A stretch of 63,696 bases of DNA, filler included, from Conidiobolus incongruus B7586 (taxonomy: Eukaryota), in assembly GCA_000697335.1 (NCBI GenBank). It is 10 parts of 10 records of this genome, joined end to end, with 100 filler letters (N's around TTAATTAATTAA, not from the genome) between each part and the next. Parts side by side here need not be neighbours in the genome. Positions count along the whole stretch, not along the records: positions 1 to 1,935 come from JNEM01007131.1; positions 2,036 to 13,321 come from JNEM01007132.1; positions 13,422 to 14,863 come from JNEM01007133.1; 7 more parts are not named here. One strand, given 5' to 3'. The position numbers were made by a program, and so were the translations under genes. Numbering within the stretch: position 1 is the stretch's first letter; each line of letters begins with the position of its first letter. This document shows, piece by piece, positions 1-13,441 of this stretch. The notes under the pieces are model-generated. The model was not told the origin of the DNA, ran no database searches, and saw only the letters and a list, made by a program, of their open reading frames with translations.

Positions 1-1466
1 GGTATATTATTTAATAATAAATAAATATATTTAGATATATTTAGTAAACTATTAGCAATAATATTAACCCTTAATATTTAACTAAGGTGAGTTATAAATT
101 TACAGGTTTTTGAGATAAGGGGATATATTTAACAATATATAACCATATCTTTTTTCTTTCTTTGTTATTATTTTATATAATATTTTATAGATATACTAAA
201 TTTTTTTTATTAGTATTATTATACTTAAATCCCTCTTTAAAAAAATCTACTTGTGTATTAATCAACTTTATAAAGAAGGTAAATCAACTTATGATATTGC
301 TAGAATTACTAGTGTTAGTTAGTTTATTATAGCTAAGGTTGTTAAGAATAGCAATAAAAAAACATTTAAACTTAAACTTAAGCATGCTAAAATTATAGAT
401 GAATATGATGAGAAATATATTTGTAGGTTGGTTAATACAGGCAAGTGTAGTACTACAGTAGAAATACAACAGGAATTATAAAACTATATAGGAATATTAG
501 TTAACACTAATACTATTATATGTACTTTACATTAGCATAGATACCACTTACACTTTAAGAAAAAACACCCCCAACTAAAAAAATCCCACTGTAAAACTAG
601 GTAAGAGTTTAAATATTGCTATTAATGCTAAACTAAAACTAATTAGAGTAAGGTTATTTAATCTAATGAAACAAAAATATACTTTAGTGGATCTGATAAA
701 AAAGCTAGATATTTTAAAAAAGATACAAAACTACTTTGTGACTATTATGTTAATTCTACCTAAAAGTATAGTAGTGGGTTAATTATTATTTGGGGATATA
801 TGTTGTCTTTAGGTGTAGGGTATCTTTATAAAGTTAATAAGGGAATTAATATTAAGATGTACTAAAGTATTCTGAATAATAAATTAAAAAAACCATTGAA
901 TAATATAGGTTAAATAAATCTGATGTTATTTTCTAGTAAGATAATGCTTCTTGCTATACTATAGCTTTTACTACCAAATAACTTAAAAATAACAAGATAA
1001 CAGTTATAAAGTAGCTTCTTTAATCTCCTAACCTTAATCTAATTAAATACCTTTGGGATTAGTTAAAAAAAGCTATTAAAGCTTTCCCCCTAGCAAAAAA
1101 TTTAGATCAACTTTAGGAATATGTTTAAGAAGCATAAAACAAGATTAACCCTTCTTAGTGTAAGAAGTTAGTTGATTCTATACCCTACAAACTTAAAGAA
1201 GTTAGAAAAGTTAAAGGTAGATATATTAAGTTTTAATTTTTTTTTATCACCAAAAACCCACAAATTTATAACTCACTTTAGGTAAAATTTAAGGGTTTAT
1301 ATTTTAGCTAATTAATAGCTAAATATCATTATTTAATGATATATATAACTAATAAATATAATAGATTTTAATTATTTAATTTAGGTTTATTTTATTAAAT
1401 ATTAATCAAGTTATTAGTAAAAATATAGGTGTTTTTGATTTTATGACTTATTTTTGCAGGTTAATA
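1..1466 (+). mobile_element. Tc1-like DD34E transposon copy, left end outside window, transposase dead
   Basis: Collinear with copies at 15712, 26127, 29534 and 62519. Degenerate motifs VI*SNETKI, F**DNASCY, SPNLNLIKYLWD. Right TIR ...ttatgacttatttttgcaggttaata ends at 1466, followed by TA. Confidence 0.93.
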
Positions 1467-1646
1467 TATTAAAATATAATTTAACTAATAATATATATAA
1501 AACAAACTAATATTAATATATTATTATTTAAATTTTATTTTTAATTTTTCAAACTAAAAATAATTTAAAAATAATTAATAAATTAAAATTTATATAAATT
1601 ATTTGATATTTATATATATATTAGTTTAAAAAAATAAAATATATTA

Positions 1647-1935
1647 TTTATAAAATAGTAATAGAAGTTACTAATGTAATATAAAGAAAAACTTGATATA
1701 GGGGTAGTATGATATAAAACATATTAATATAACATGGAATATAATATAAAAATATAAACAAAATTTAATTAAGCTTTAAACTAGGATAAGTCACCAATAT
1801 ATTAAAACTTATATTAGATAGCATTAATATTTTATAATATTAAAATAATATAATTTTAATTCTAAAATTAATATAAAAGATAAGTAATAGTAAAAATTTA
1901 GAAAAAAATATTTAATTTACAAAATAATTCAATAT
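1647..1935 (-). repeat. Partial LTR of gypsy family A (reverse orientation, runs into gap)
   Basis: Reverse complement matches the 3' part of the LTR at 34597-34994 and 17286-17472, e.g. aattaagctttaaactaggataagtcaccaatatatt = rc of aatatattggtgacttatcctagtttaaagcttaatt. Left edge approximate. Confidence 0.75.
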
Positions 1936-2035
1936 NNNNNNNNNNNNNNNNNNNNNNNNNNNNNNNNNNNNNNNNNNNNTTAATTAATTAANNNNNNNNN
2001 NNNNNNNNNNNNNNNNNNNNNNNNNNNNNNNNNNN
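1936..2035. other. Assembly gap spacer N44-TTAATTAATTAA-N44 (also 13322-13421, 14864-14963, 18920-19019, 26237-26336, 32525-32624, 34364-34463, 52246-52345, 62419-62518)
   Basis: Identical 100-nt construct with a six-frame stop linker. All nine lie in or beside transposons. Confidence 0.98.
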
Positions 2036-2826
2036 ATTTATATTTAAAATATTAATTATTAGAATTTATAAGAAGGATTGATTTAGTTTAATCTAATATT
2101 TTGTTTTATTTTTAAGTAAAAAATTATATAAAAGAATTTAAGATTTATTAATTATAAATATTTAATATAAAAATCTTTGTTTTTAGTTATAATGTAATAA
2201 ACTTAATTTAACTATAATTAATTTATTTTTTTTAGGTTTTTATTAAATTATAAGATATTTATTTTGTATTTTTATTAATTAAACTAATTTTAAACTTAAG
2301 TATATATAACATACTTATAAAATTAATAATAAGTTACTTTAATAGTTCTTTAATAGAAATAAAACAGTATTTCTTAATATATTTTTTTATTTTATTAATA
2401 AGTAAAAAAGTGATAATAGAAATTAATTTTTTAAATTTTAATAAATTTTAAATAATATCTTTTCTAGCTTTAAAATCACAAATCTAGTGATATATGGTAG
2501 TTTTAAATAAAGCATTATTTTTATAAGTTGTTTATAAGTTTTAGATAATTTTAAAGGGTTTATAGTTAAGTTATAAAAATATAAAAAATAAAAGCTTTTT
2601 GATAATTATTATCTAAATTAAATATAATTAAATTCAAGTATAAATTTTAAAATCAAAATATTATAATAAATAAAATAGTTAAAATTGAGTATATAAATAT
2701 ATATATATATAGTTTGAAAATATTTATTTTCCTATATATTTTATATATAAAGAATCTTTTAAAATGTATAATATATTTAAAGGATCAAAAATTAAAAAAT
2801 TTGCCATTTTTTAATTTCTATACTAA
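2036..2826 (-). mobile_element. mariner (DD34D) copy, 5' part, heavily mutated
   Basis: TIR ttgccattttttaatttctatactaa + TA at 2827-28 is the rc of the left end of the 47469 and 51906 copies. The body is collinear with them. Confidence 0.88.
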
Positions 2827-3269
2827 TATTAATAAAAGATAAAATTATATAACAACAATAATAATAGTATTTTAATAATATTTTAATATTATCATCTGTA
2901 AACTTTTATTATCTATATTAAAACTAAAAGATCTATTTAATATATAATATAAAAGAATTTGATCCAGTTTGAATTATATTGATATTTCTTTTAAAATCAC
3001 AAAAATTAAGAGTGATGTAAATAATTTTTTGAACTATATGAAATAATATCAGTTTTGCCAATTTTTCAAATGCATATTTTTGGTGACTATATTTATAGAA
3101 AGAAATGTATAAATAATATAATACTAATAGTTATTAATTTGGTTAGCATCTATAATTTATATATATATATTAATTATTTATTTAAAAAAATAACAGTTAA
3201 GTCGAATTTGATATGATTAAGGTTGATCTTTATAGTGAATAGGCGTTTCAAGGCCGAATTCTTAGTTTA

Positions 3270-4146
3270 TTTATTCGTTTTCTTCAGTCTATCGGACGGA
3301 TTCATCATCGTCCCTACTAAACCTATATTTATAGAGTACGACATCGCTGTTTGGTTTTGGTAGTAGGAATAGAATTTCTAGAGTCTATCGTAGCGATAGC
3401 CTTCAGTTAAAGCAAATTTTGAATTGAGTGTATATAATCAAATTACTCTGATGAAAACACTCTCACACTAGTTTACTACTTCGGATTCCAGTCCGATAAA
3501 GAAGGCATCTCAATTGAGCGCTAGAGCCAAGTTAGCACTCAGAAACTTTTGATCCCTACTTAAAGTTTCCGTCTTAGGATCGAGACTTCCTGTTGCAATA
3601 TAGGTAATCAATCGCCTGTAACTTTATCGCTATATTAGCCGAAAGGGACGATGGAATAGGCATTGTTACTAGAGTTACCAAGGATGCCAACTTTGACAGG
3701 GAGATGGATGCAAAACAAGTTTCAACTGAGCTCCAATTTATTTTTCAAAACCAATGTTCAATGTACTTGACTTTGGACACCTATAGAACAATTTGAAAGT
3801 TGTTTGCTGGTGAATTTAGTGTTTGAGCAAAATCGAGTTGATCGGTTGGATCGATATCCAGGTATATTTCATCATCGCTATCTAAATACAAATCCACATC
3901 ATTAATATCATCAACATTAGTCAAAGGTGAGGGTGAGGCACTACAATTTTCCTTAACCACAATAGGTTTATCAGTTTAATCATGAGAATATTGGAATGTA
4001 TTGAATGAGCTATAATTGGATGTTTTGCTTTGAGTCTCAGAGCTAGATGCTATAAGATATACATTAGAAAAGTTTGAATTTTGAAATAAAGAGTGTGATA
4101 GGTATCTGAACTTGGAGTAGGATTTTGGCTGTGTTAACATTAACAT
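3270..4146 (-). pseudogene. Decayed coding-like relic of unknown family
   Basis: GC- and CpG-richer island. Minus frame from ATG 4146 reads MLMLTQPKSYSKF...YSHD*TDKPIVVKENCSASPSPLTNVDDINDVDLYLDSDDEIYLDID...VL*VSKVKYIEHWF*KINWSSVETCFASISLSKL..., with scattered stops and probable frameshifts. No motif recognised. Confidence 0.45.
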
Positions 4147-6142
4147 TCCAAATAAAAGAATTTAGTGAATTATTATATAAATCGATAACAACTATAAAAA
4201 ATACATAGTGAATAAATAAATAAATAAAAGTTTCATAAATATAAAATAAAAATGATTCGACTGAGCTTTTTTAGTTGCAATATTACTTAAAACTTTAGTT
4301 CTTAGTGAATTGGATAATTTAGAATTTAATTCTTTACACATTAAATACTTTTTATAGCAAGGATCGTAATTAAAGCTCATATATTGAGAGATAGTTTTAG
4401 GATAAACTTTTAAAACAGTGGTTGTGAACTTAATTTTTACAATATTTAAAATCTATAGCATCAACTATAAAAATGATTGGTTTTGAGCAATAAGCACAAG
4501 TTAAATTCATTGAATGACTGATTAATGTTTTTTATATTGAGTTTAGATATTTTAATTATATGATTTTTTTTCAATTTTATTACTTAAAGTATATTTAATT
4601 CAAATTAAGAACCAAATTGTTTTTGTATAAACCCTTTGGGTTTAAATGTAAACACCTTGATCGATAAATCAAATTAAGAATTTAATCATACTCCTTTTTC
4701 CCTGTTGAATTTGTATATTAGTTCTTTTAGTGATATTAATATCTAATTAAGTCAATTTATTTTTCAGTATTATATTACCAATGTAAAATCTTTGTAATTT
4801 TCTTTGTTAATCCCCCATATTAATTATGAATCGAATAATCTGACAAAGATAACTATCAGTATATGCCAAGATTATATATTAACACAAACACTTAAATCCT
4901 GAACCAAACCATTAATCATGGATCAATTCTTAACCAAAATAAATATTATCCAAATTAAAGTTTTTATTAATGAAATTATTTACCAATAATAAAACTACCT
5001 TTTCTTTATGAGTATATATGAAAGGTAGAAATTAATATTTATTTAGTTTAGCAAAATATGCTTCAAATAACAGTCTAAATGATTAATTCAATTTAATTGA
5101 ACAATATTTATGGAAAGTGTGATATTTTCCAATAAAGTATCATAGATGATTAATATAATGATACAAGGTAGAGTTATCTTTACATTGTTATTAAAAGTTA
5201 TTTTAAATTTAATAAGTATGTAGAAAGCTAGTAACTATTCAATTAAACAGATATTTCATAAAATTAAAATTTTTAATAATTATCTACCAATCACATCAAG
5301 TCTATTATGTATATTAATATATATCATTAGCATTTTATGTAACATGATAATTATAGAATTTTTCATGATCTATGCTTAAATTAAACAGAAATAATGTGAA
5401 AATTGATGAGTTTTTACCTAATTTTGTTCATATTTACATTGAAAATAATGATTTATAAAAATATTAAATATGCCAATATACGCCTTTTAACATAAGATCA
5501 AATTTATTTTATTCACAAAATACTTAATTAATAATAATCAGAATATTATAATCTAAGATTAGGTAATAGAATTTAAATTATAAATATATTTTGATATAAT
5601 ATATTATTGATGATAAATTTGAGAGTTTGATATACTATTTTTAACAATTTAACAAAGTATGTACATTTATCAGATGATCATTACATTTTTTAATTTTCAA
5701 ATCATTACTACCCCTTTATGAGTTAGAATTGTTAAATTATTAATTAAATATTAATTGTTATAATATAATACCTATATTAAAGTACTATACTATTAATATC
5801 AAATGATAACAATTTGGAATTACATGATATTCTTTAGCCTAAGAATTTAAGAGTGAAGATTCGTTTTAGTAATCGTTTCAAATTCTTTTAACTTAATTAT
5901 CAATTACCTCAATTGGGCAATAGGATTTTCACTAGCCTATAAAATTGAAATTCGTCAAATGAATAAATTGAGTACTGTTATCAATTTAATAATTTTAATG
6001 TAAAATAATCATAATTACTCTTTTTCACTTTTAATACCTGTAAATAATTAAGTGATTATTTTTAATTACTATAATTATACCATTATTATTACTGATTGAT
6101 ACCAACTGTTATTCGTATAAATATAATAAATAATAATTTTTA

Positions 6143-7641
6143 ATGCCACCCAAAATTCCACCATTTCAACCTTTAGCACCTAATGACCAACTATATAAGA
6201 TAGCTTGTAAAGCTAATGAACTCTTCGAAAAATGTAATTACAATAGTGCAATTATCGAATATTCTAAAGGTTTGGACCAAGCTAAACCCTTCTCTGACAG
6301 TCGCAGGGCGATGGATTTTATAGCTCTTTTATTGAGTAATAGGTCAGCTTCATACTTTATGTTGAAAGATTTCGAAAGAGCAAAGAAGGATGCTGAGAAG
6401 TGTTGTGGGTTAAGACCTTATTGGGGCAAAGTATGTCTTTATATATTTTCTTAATAATATTTTGTTAAATAGTTATTGTTATTATTCGTTTTTAATAATT
6501 TTTATTTTAGCTATTGAATCTTAATATTAACCGATTAATTAGGGTCATTATAGAAGAGCTGAAGCTCTCTGTGCACAATCAAAATATGACGAAGCTCTAT
6601 ATGCTTATGAAACAGCAGTCAAATTGGTAACTTATTGTAATTTCAATTTTGTTAACCAATATCTTTAATCTTGATAAAATTAGGACCCTTCAAATCACGA
6701 TTTTAGGAGATGTTTATTAAGGACTTGCTTACTAAAAGAGAATCAAACTATGGGTAAATTCAAAATTTTAATTATTAATACTGAATACTAAGCAATCCTT
6801 CAATTCTAAATTAATTAATATTCCAGGGCTTTCCGTAATACAATTATTACCTGGAAGAGATATTGCCATAACAAAAAGACTTAACCCTATTCAGAACAAA
6901 ATCAACCAATTTGCAATTGAAATGAGAAATTTTATTTACATAATAGCTGATACTGATTCTAGACAGTGTATGGTAGTGGATGCTTGTTGGGATACCTCTG
7001 GCATAATAAAAATAATCAAGAAGCATAACTTAACACTAATAGGAATCATTGTAACTCATTACCATTTCGATCATGTTGGAGGTATTCCTCCGCCTCCATT
7101 CGACCAATTTCGAATTAAGGTTAGCGGACTTGCAACAATGTTGAAAAAATACCCTCATATCAAAGCATATATCCATGTCAATGATATACCCTATCTTAAA
7201 GAATCAAACCCAAATATCTCGCATGACCAAATTTACCCTTCAACAGACGACTTGGAACTCACACTTGGGACAAGGACACATTTAAAATTTATTCACACTC
7301 CTGGACATACCTCCGGAAGTCAATGCATTCTTGTCAACGGTAAACGCCTACTTTCAGGCGATACTCTATTCATCGGTAACTGCGGCAGATTGGATTTACC
7401 AGGGGCCAACCCCAAACAGATGTATGATACTTTACAAAAATTACGGAATCTCCCGGATTTTGTGGTAGTTCTACCTGGCCACAACTACGGTGGTGATTGG
7501 ACGACCATTCACCAAGAGAAAGAAATTGGTGTGCTGAAAGAGCAAGCTTATGACGAGTGGATCCGCAAGAAACAATCTAGCCTATCCACCGACCGCGCTA
7601 CAGGCACAGCTAGTTTCGATTCTGGCATTCATCATGTTTAA
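6143..7641 (+). CDS. TPR-domain / metallo-beta-lactamase-fold (glyoxalase II-like) fusion protein, about 418 aa; exons 6143-6430, 6543-6626, 6684-6753, 6827-7641
   Basis: Three GT-AG introns join the ORFs in frame (1257 nt). N-terminal 3xTPR (KANELF...LSNRSASY...WGKGHYRRAEAL...DPSN). MBL motifs THYHFDHVGG, HTPGHT, SGDTLF, GRLDLPG, PGHNY. Confidence 0.9.
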
Positions 7642-8373
7642 AATAAGCTTAAATCATTTACTTTGTATTATTATTATTCTCAATTTCTATTAGATATGGT
7701 GTATTTAGCTTAATTAATAACATGAAATAATAAATTTAAATTACATTTTTAAAAAACTAATTTAAATAATTTTAATTTTATTAAAATTAATAAATAATAA
7801 TGCTAATATTAAGTTATTAAAAATATAGCTCAAATATACTTGTATATTTTTAATTAGATTGTTCGGAGTTAATTTTCAGTAATAACTGTATTTATTACTG
7901 CAAAAATAATAAATATAAAATAACTTTAATATTCAATGGAAAAATAGTATAATATTCGAATATTTTACCAGGATATAATTTATTAAAACCTTTATCATCA
8001 AATATAATTTTTAATTTAATATATTTTATAACAAAAATTGCCACTTAATTATTTTTTTAATTAATAATTAAATTTGAATTTTGTACAATAAAATTTATTA
8101 TATGCATGAATTTCAAAATCTAGACCTTAATTATTTAATTTGTTATCAATTAATGGTTTTATATTTTAATAAATTACTATCCAAACTTAAAATTCCCATT
8201 ACAATCAATTATTCACCACTACACAAAATGTAACAATTATTATCCTGTTAATTCACCAATTGATATAAGAACTAAATTAGAGTATTAGGTGTAATAACGA
8301 ATTGTTAATTATTATAAGTAATAATAAATTTATAATAATATATATTTTTAATAATTATTATTAATTCTATATT

Positions 8374-9533
8374 TTAAATTTTTTTTTCTAATTGAGATTC
8401 TACATCAATATTGACATTCATATGAGCTTCCTTTTTGTATATTGGGAAAATATTAAAGATAAATAAACCTATTACTACGAGAGTGAAAGCTCCATAGTAA
8501 AGCTTGTGAGTCTCCACCTGGAAGGCGAAAATACCGATGACTAAAGTGTAGAAATCGGAGGTTAATAAAGAAATGTTGAAGAATGTAGCACTTGCAAATT
8601 TCATCAATATAGGCGTCAAACTGTATAGTAAGATCATAATAATGGTGAATATAGCAATATAAGCAACTACAATGAGAATTAATGTTAATTTTCAAATATA
8701 TAATAAAATTAAATATATATTAGTTACTTGACATATTTTCAAAGGTCAATTCGTGCCACTCGGAATTTTCCAAAGCTCCCAATTGAATACCACTTATAGG
8801 TAGACCGAACAAGCCTAACAAAGCGATAACTTCATAAAATTCTAATTGGTGAACGAAAAATTCTTGAATAACATTGGAAAAGGCATAAAATGTAGCTCCA
8901 ATAACACAGAATAAATCTCCTAATAAATAATTTTTACCTACATAATAATTAATATTTTAATCTTAAAATATATATTGGGAATAAATACCTTCCCAGTTTT
9001 TGGAAGTGAGATAATCGGAGTAGACTAATAAACCTAAACCTACTAAAGCTAAAACGATACCAAAGAAATGAGTCCAACGATATCTTATCTTTAAAAAGAT
9101 GTAACTTAAAATAACACATGCTGGGGTGGACCATGAGGAGATCAACATTGCACTGATCATATTAGTATGGCCAAATCCTTTCACCACAAAATAGTTGCCT
9201 TCAACATCCATAAGAGCCCAGAATATAACTAGATAAATTATAAATAAATAAATATTGTTTTAATGAAATATTACTTCACTTACTTAAGTACCATTTTTGT
9301 TTAATAATTTGGAAAAACTGTCTGAATCCTTTTTTATAAATAGCGATTGGTACATAAATAAGAGCTAAAAATACGTAGGTAAAAAAACTCTGGGTCATAG
9401 GGATAGTTTTATCCCCAAGGGAAGTGGTCAACAACTGAGTAGTAACATTGGTACCAGTAATACATAGTGACAGTAATTGACCAAATAGAACAATTGACAC
9501 AATGTAGAGAAGTACAGTATCTTTAAAACCCAT
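8374..9533 (-). CDS. SLC35F1/F2-like (DUF914) solute carrier, about 330 aa; exons 9533-9284, 9228-8989, 8937-8728, 8666-8374
   Basis: Three GT-AG introns give a 993-nt frame. Family motifs GQLLSLCITGT, DVEGNYFVVKG, GDLFCVIGATFYAFSNVIQE, SATFFNISLLTSDFY. Multiple hydrophobic helices. Confidence 0.92.
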
Positions 9534-11390
9534 TATGAATACGAAAAATCAACTGAATATAATAAGTGCAGACAGGCGAAATAATAAAGGGTGAATAGTT
9601 TAATTAATGTTGACTACTGACGATTGATGGCATTGAATTTATATTAACAAATTTTCTCTGACAATCAGGTTTATCAAGAATTTGAATCACTTGAACTTTA
9701 TTTTCATCAATAGTAGATTGAGAATAAAATTTTAATTGTGAATAATATTAAAAATGAGGAAATTTATATTAACTCAAAAATTGAATTTAATTCAAGTTTT
9801 TTTTTCAATTATTTTTATTTACTATTCTTTTAATATATTTTATTAAATATTTTACAAGTATCACAATCCTAAAATATAATTAATATAATACTTATGTACA
9901 TAATAATATTATGAAATATTATATACACTATTAATATTGTTTGCAATTATAAAATCGTAAAAAATTTTATCAATTTTAAGTAAAATTAATCTCTGTTCTA
10001 TAATTACTAGATGTAGATAAAGATCATCCTAAAGTTTCTAAATTTTATGGTATTTGAAATCTTATCAAATTTCAAGAAATTGCAACATTATTGGGTTACT
10101 GGTACAAAATTGTATGTGAAAATTGAAGATCTGATGTAAATATTTTGTTGTTTGTAAAGGTACCAAATAAATGGATATGGTTGGCTTATTAAAGCTCAAG
10201 ATAAACTGTTGGATTTGTCTTTGGACATTGTCATATAATAGTCAATTTTAATATCTAAAAAATCCTTATCAATATAATATAATTGATAAGAAACATAATC
10301 AACACTATTGGCAATATACATTCATTATATTCTATAATATTTTATATTTCATTTTAACGATATCAGTGTTAATATATAAAAATTCAAAATTTTTACAAAA
10401 TTTTCACAAATTTATAAATATAGTAAAAAATATGAGTTTATCAATAATTCTAAAATAATATAGAAATATAACTTTAGAATATTATTATTTATTTATATTT
10501 CAAATATAATATATATTAATGAGATAATACCTGAATTAAATTTTAACTCTAATACAGTATATTAGTATATAACTAAAATTATATACAATAATTGAAATTT
10601 TTCTCTAATTCAATATTCAAAATGTAATATCCGAAAATACTTAAAATGATTGAAATGAATCATTATATATAATTTGACCTGGGACAAAATTGTTAAAAAG
10701 AGCCGTTAACAGATGTATATATTTGTAGGAAATTGCCCAAGCAAATTAAGATACAGCATTTCTCAAATAAAATATGCATTTAGAAGCATAACCATTATCA
10801 TCCAAACCCAATCCTGATTGTTAATTTTTATCCAGTATTTGGTCAGTATGAAACTTATAAGTACATTAAAAATTCAATTTGCAATTGCTACAAAAAATAT
10901 AATAGACTGCATTCTTTTATTCGATTAGGATTATTAATGAAAAATTGTTTGAACTAAATTAATTATGTTAGTTAATTAATGATTTATTAGAATTTAACAA
11001 TATAAAACTATATATAAAGATATAACAATTTTAGTCTGAAAATTTGTTTTGAATTTTTTAAATAATCCAAACTTGGTGAGGATTTGGTTAAATTATTAGT
11101 ATTATTATATTTTAACCGCATATATATCAGTATATTTTAAATTTTATAAATAATCAATTTTTAATAATTTTATTTTAGATTATTCATAAAAGTATGAGAT
11201 TCTCATTATTGTTATATATATTCTTAATTGACTTCAAAATAATTGGTTTGTTAATAATTGTTTTGAGATTTTAAGTTAATTAAAAATTATTTGCGAAATC
11301 TTAGTTTCAAAATATTGAGTATTTAGATTGTAGATATATATCAGTGGAAAAACACTGAAATTTGCAAAATATTAATCATGGTAATATATA

Positions 11391-11462
11391 GGGCTCGACT
11401 GGGAATCGAACCCAGGACCTCTCCCACCCTAAGGGAGAATTATACCACTAAACCATCGAGCC
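11391..11462 (-). tRNA. tRNA-Pro(AGG)
   Basis: rc = GGCTCGATGGTTTAGTGGTATAATTCTCCCTTAGGGTGGGAGAGGTCCTGGGTTCGATTCCCAGTCGAGCCC. Acceptor stem GGCTCGA/TCGAGCC, anticodon arm CTCCC-TT AGG GT-GGGAG, T-loop GTTCGATTC. Confidence 0.97.
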
Positions 11463-12419
11463 TCACAGACTGATTAATGAATATTTTTAACACCAATATC
11501 GATACCTTTTTTAACCAATACCTTTTTATCTCTTTTTGTCTTTTCAAAATTTAAAATATTTTTAAAGCTTACAATCTTTTCAAATATAACTCTTCACAAA
11601 CCTCTCATACCTTAAACACTATTTTTTAATTTTTTCAATACTTTTTAATCATTAATTTTATTTAATTTATATATTAAGGCATTTCAAACGAAAATGTTAA
11701 ACATATAACCCACTAGTAGTTATGTCAATATACAAACTTTTCAATAACTTGATTTATATATAAAATACTCAATTATTAAAGAAAATTTTCTAAATATTGA
11801 TAGCTGTAATATTCCTCATTGAAAATTTACCATTCTTAAATTGAAAAATAATATTTAATTTAGTTATCGTTGCAAGAAAAATGTATTTTGTATTTACAAA
11901 CTATATATCTAAATTTATTATTAATATTATTAACATGTTTCAATTTAATTTTATATTGGATCATATTAATACTGAAAACATAATTCTACATTTTAAATTC
12001 ACAATCCAGTCTTTAAAATTTAATTAATGATAAATTAATTAAAAAAATTCTGTAAACTAATCTATTGTTTTATATTAAATTGATTTAATAATTGATTATA
12101 TTTAATTTTAATTATGTCCAATAATATAATAGTAAAATAATAATAATAATAAAATAAAAATCCAAATGATAATTTTTAATTATTAGTTTGAATAGTCAAA
12201 TTATAATATGAAATTATAAACGCATTTTTTGCAGTTTAATTATCTATGAATATATTATTAGAATTGAAGGATTTAAGCAACGATAATTCTTAAATCATAT
12301 ACTATCTTAATCATTTATATTTAAAAATTTAATTTAATTTATGTTATTGAAAACAAAAATCTAATATGTTTGAATTAGGTTAATTTAAGTATTTATAAAT
12401 TAATAAAATATAAATGATA

Positions 12420-13321
12420 TTACTTTGAATTTTAAATTTTGGGAAATTTTTGCAATTAAAAATAAATAAATATTTTGATATAAAATAAAAAATAATAATA
12501 AAATAATATAAATTTAATAGTATTTTATTTCTAGTAACTTTTTGTAATATTTTAGTAAATTTCTAATACTTAAAAAATAGTTCTTTTAATCAAAGATTAA
12601 AATTTAATATTTTACAAACTAAATAAATTTTCTTGCAAAAAATCTTCTTTTTTACAAGTTGTTTTTTAATTGCTTACAGTAATTATAATTATAAAAGTTA
12701 TAATTAAGGGAATATTTTAGATATAGTAATTTCTTCCAGTTATTTTTAATTAGAAATTTTCTTATAGCTTTATATTTATATATTTTATAATAATTATACA
12801 AAACAATAGGTTTTCTGAAATTATATTAAAAACACCAATTAAAAATTATTTTACTTTTAAAGCAATATAAAATTTATTATTAATTAATTTTTTTTAAAAA
12901 CTAAATTAAAATAACATATATTATTATAATTTATTATAATAATTAACATTTGTTTATTAACTAAATACTTATTTAAAGTAATATATAAAGGGGATTGTTT
13001 TAGCTTAATCTAATATCTTAATTTATATTTTATTAAAGGATTATAACAAAAGATTTAAAATTTATCAATTATAATTATTAGATATAAAAGCTTAAGTTTC
13101 TAATAATTTTTTAATAAGTTATATTTAAAAATAGCTCTTTTAACTTTTTTTTAAACTTTAGTTAAATTATAAAGTATTTATTTTATATTTTTATTTATTA
13201 ATTTGAGTTTAAATTTTAATATATATAAAATATTTATAAGATTAATATTAAAATATTTATATAATTTTTTAACTAAAATAAAAAGGTATTTCTTAATATA
13301 TTTTTTATTTTATTATTTATT
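12420..13321 (-). mobile_element. mariner copy (3' part, subfamily shared with 32625-35056), heavily mutated
   Basis: TA + TIR ttactttgaattttaaattttgggaaattt. Body collinear with the other mariners. Its 3' UTR matches 34550-34596 + 34995-35056. Confidence 0.85.
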
Positions 13322-13441
13322 NNNNNNNNNNNNNNNNNNNNNNNNNNNNNNNNNNNNNNNNNNNNTTAATTAATTAANNNNNNNNNNNNNNNNNNNNNNN
13401 NNNNNNNNNNNNNNNNNNNNNATTTTTAGTTATTTTATATA

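Noticed and set aside
284..469. ORFs 284-469 (-) and 16710-16895 (+) encoding near-identical peptides
   Set aside because: Antisense shadows of the Tc1 transposase.
1980..1991. Palindromic TTAATTAATTAA recurring nine times
   Set aside because: Always centred in N runs. It is an artificial six-frame-stop scaffold linker, not a biological repeat or CRISPR.
4192..4380. Short AT-rich ORFs 4192-4380 and 42030-42221
   Set aside because: Composition matches the intergenic background; no motifs or splice partners found.
8453..9134. ORFs 8453-8695 and 8949-9134
   Set aside because: Off-frame overlaps of SLC35F exons.
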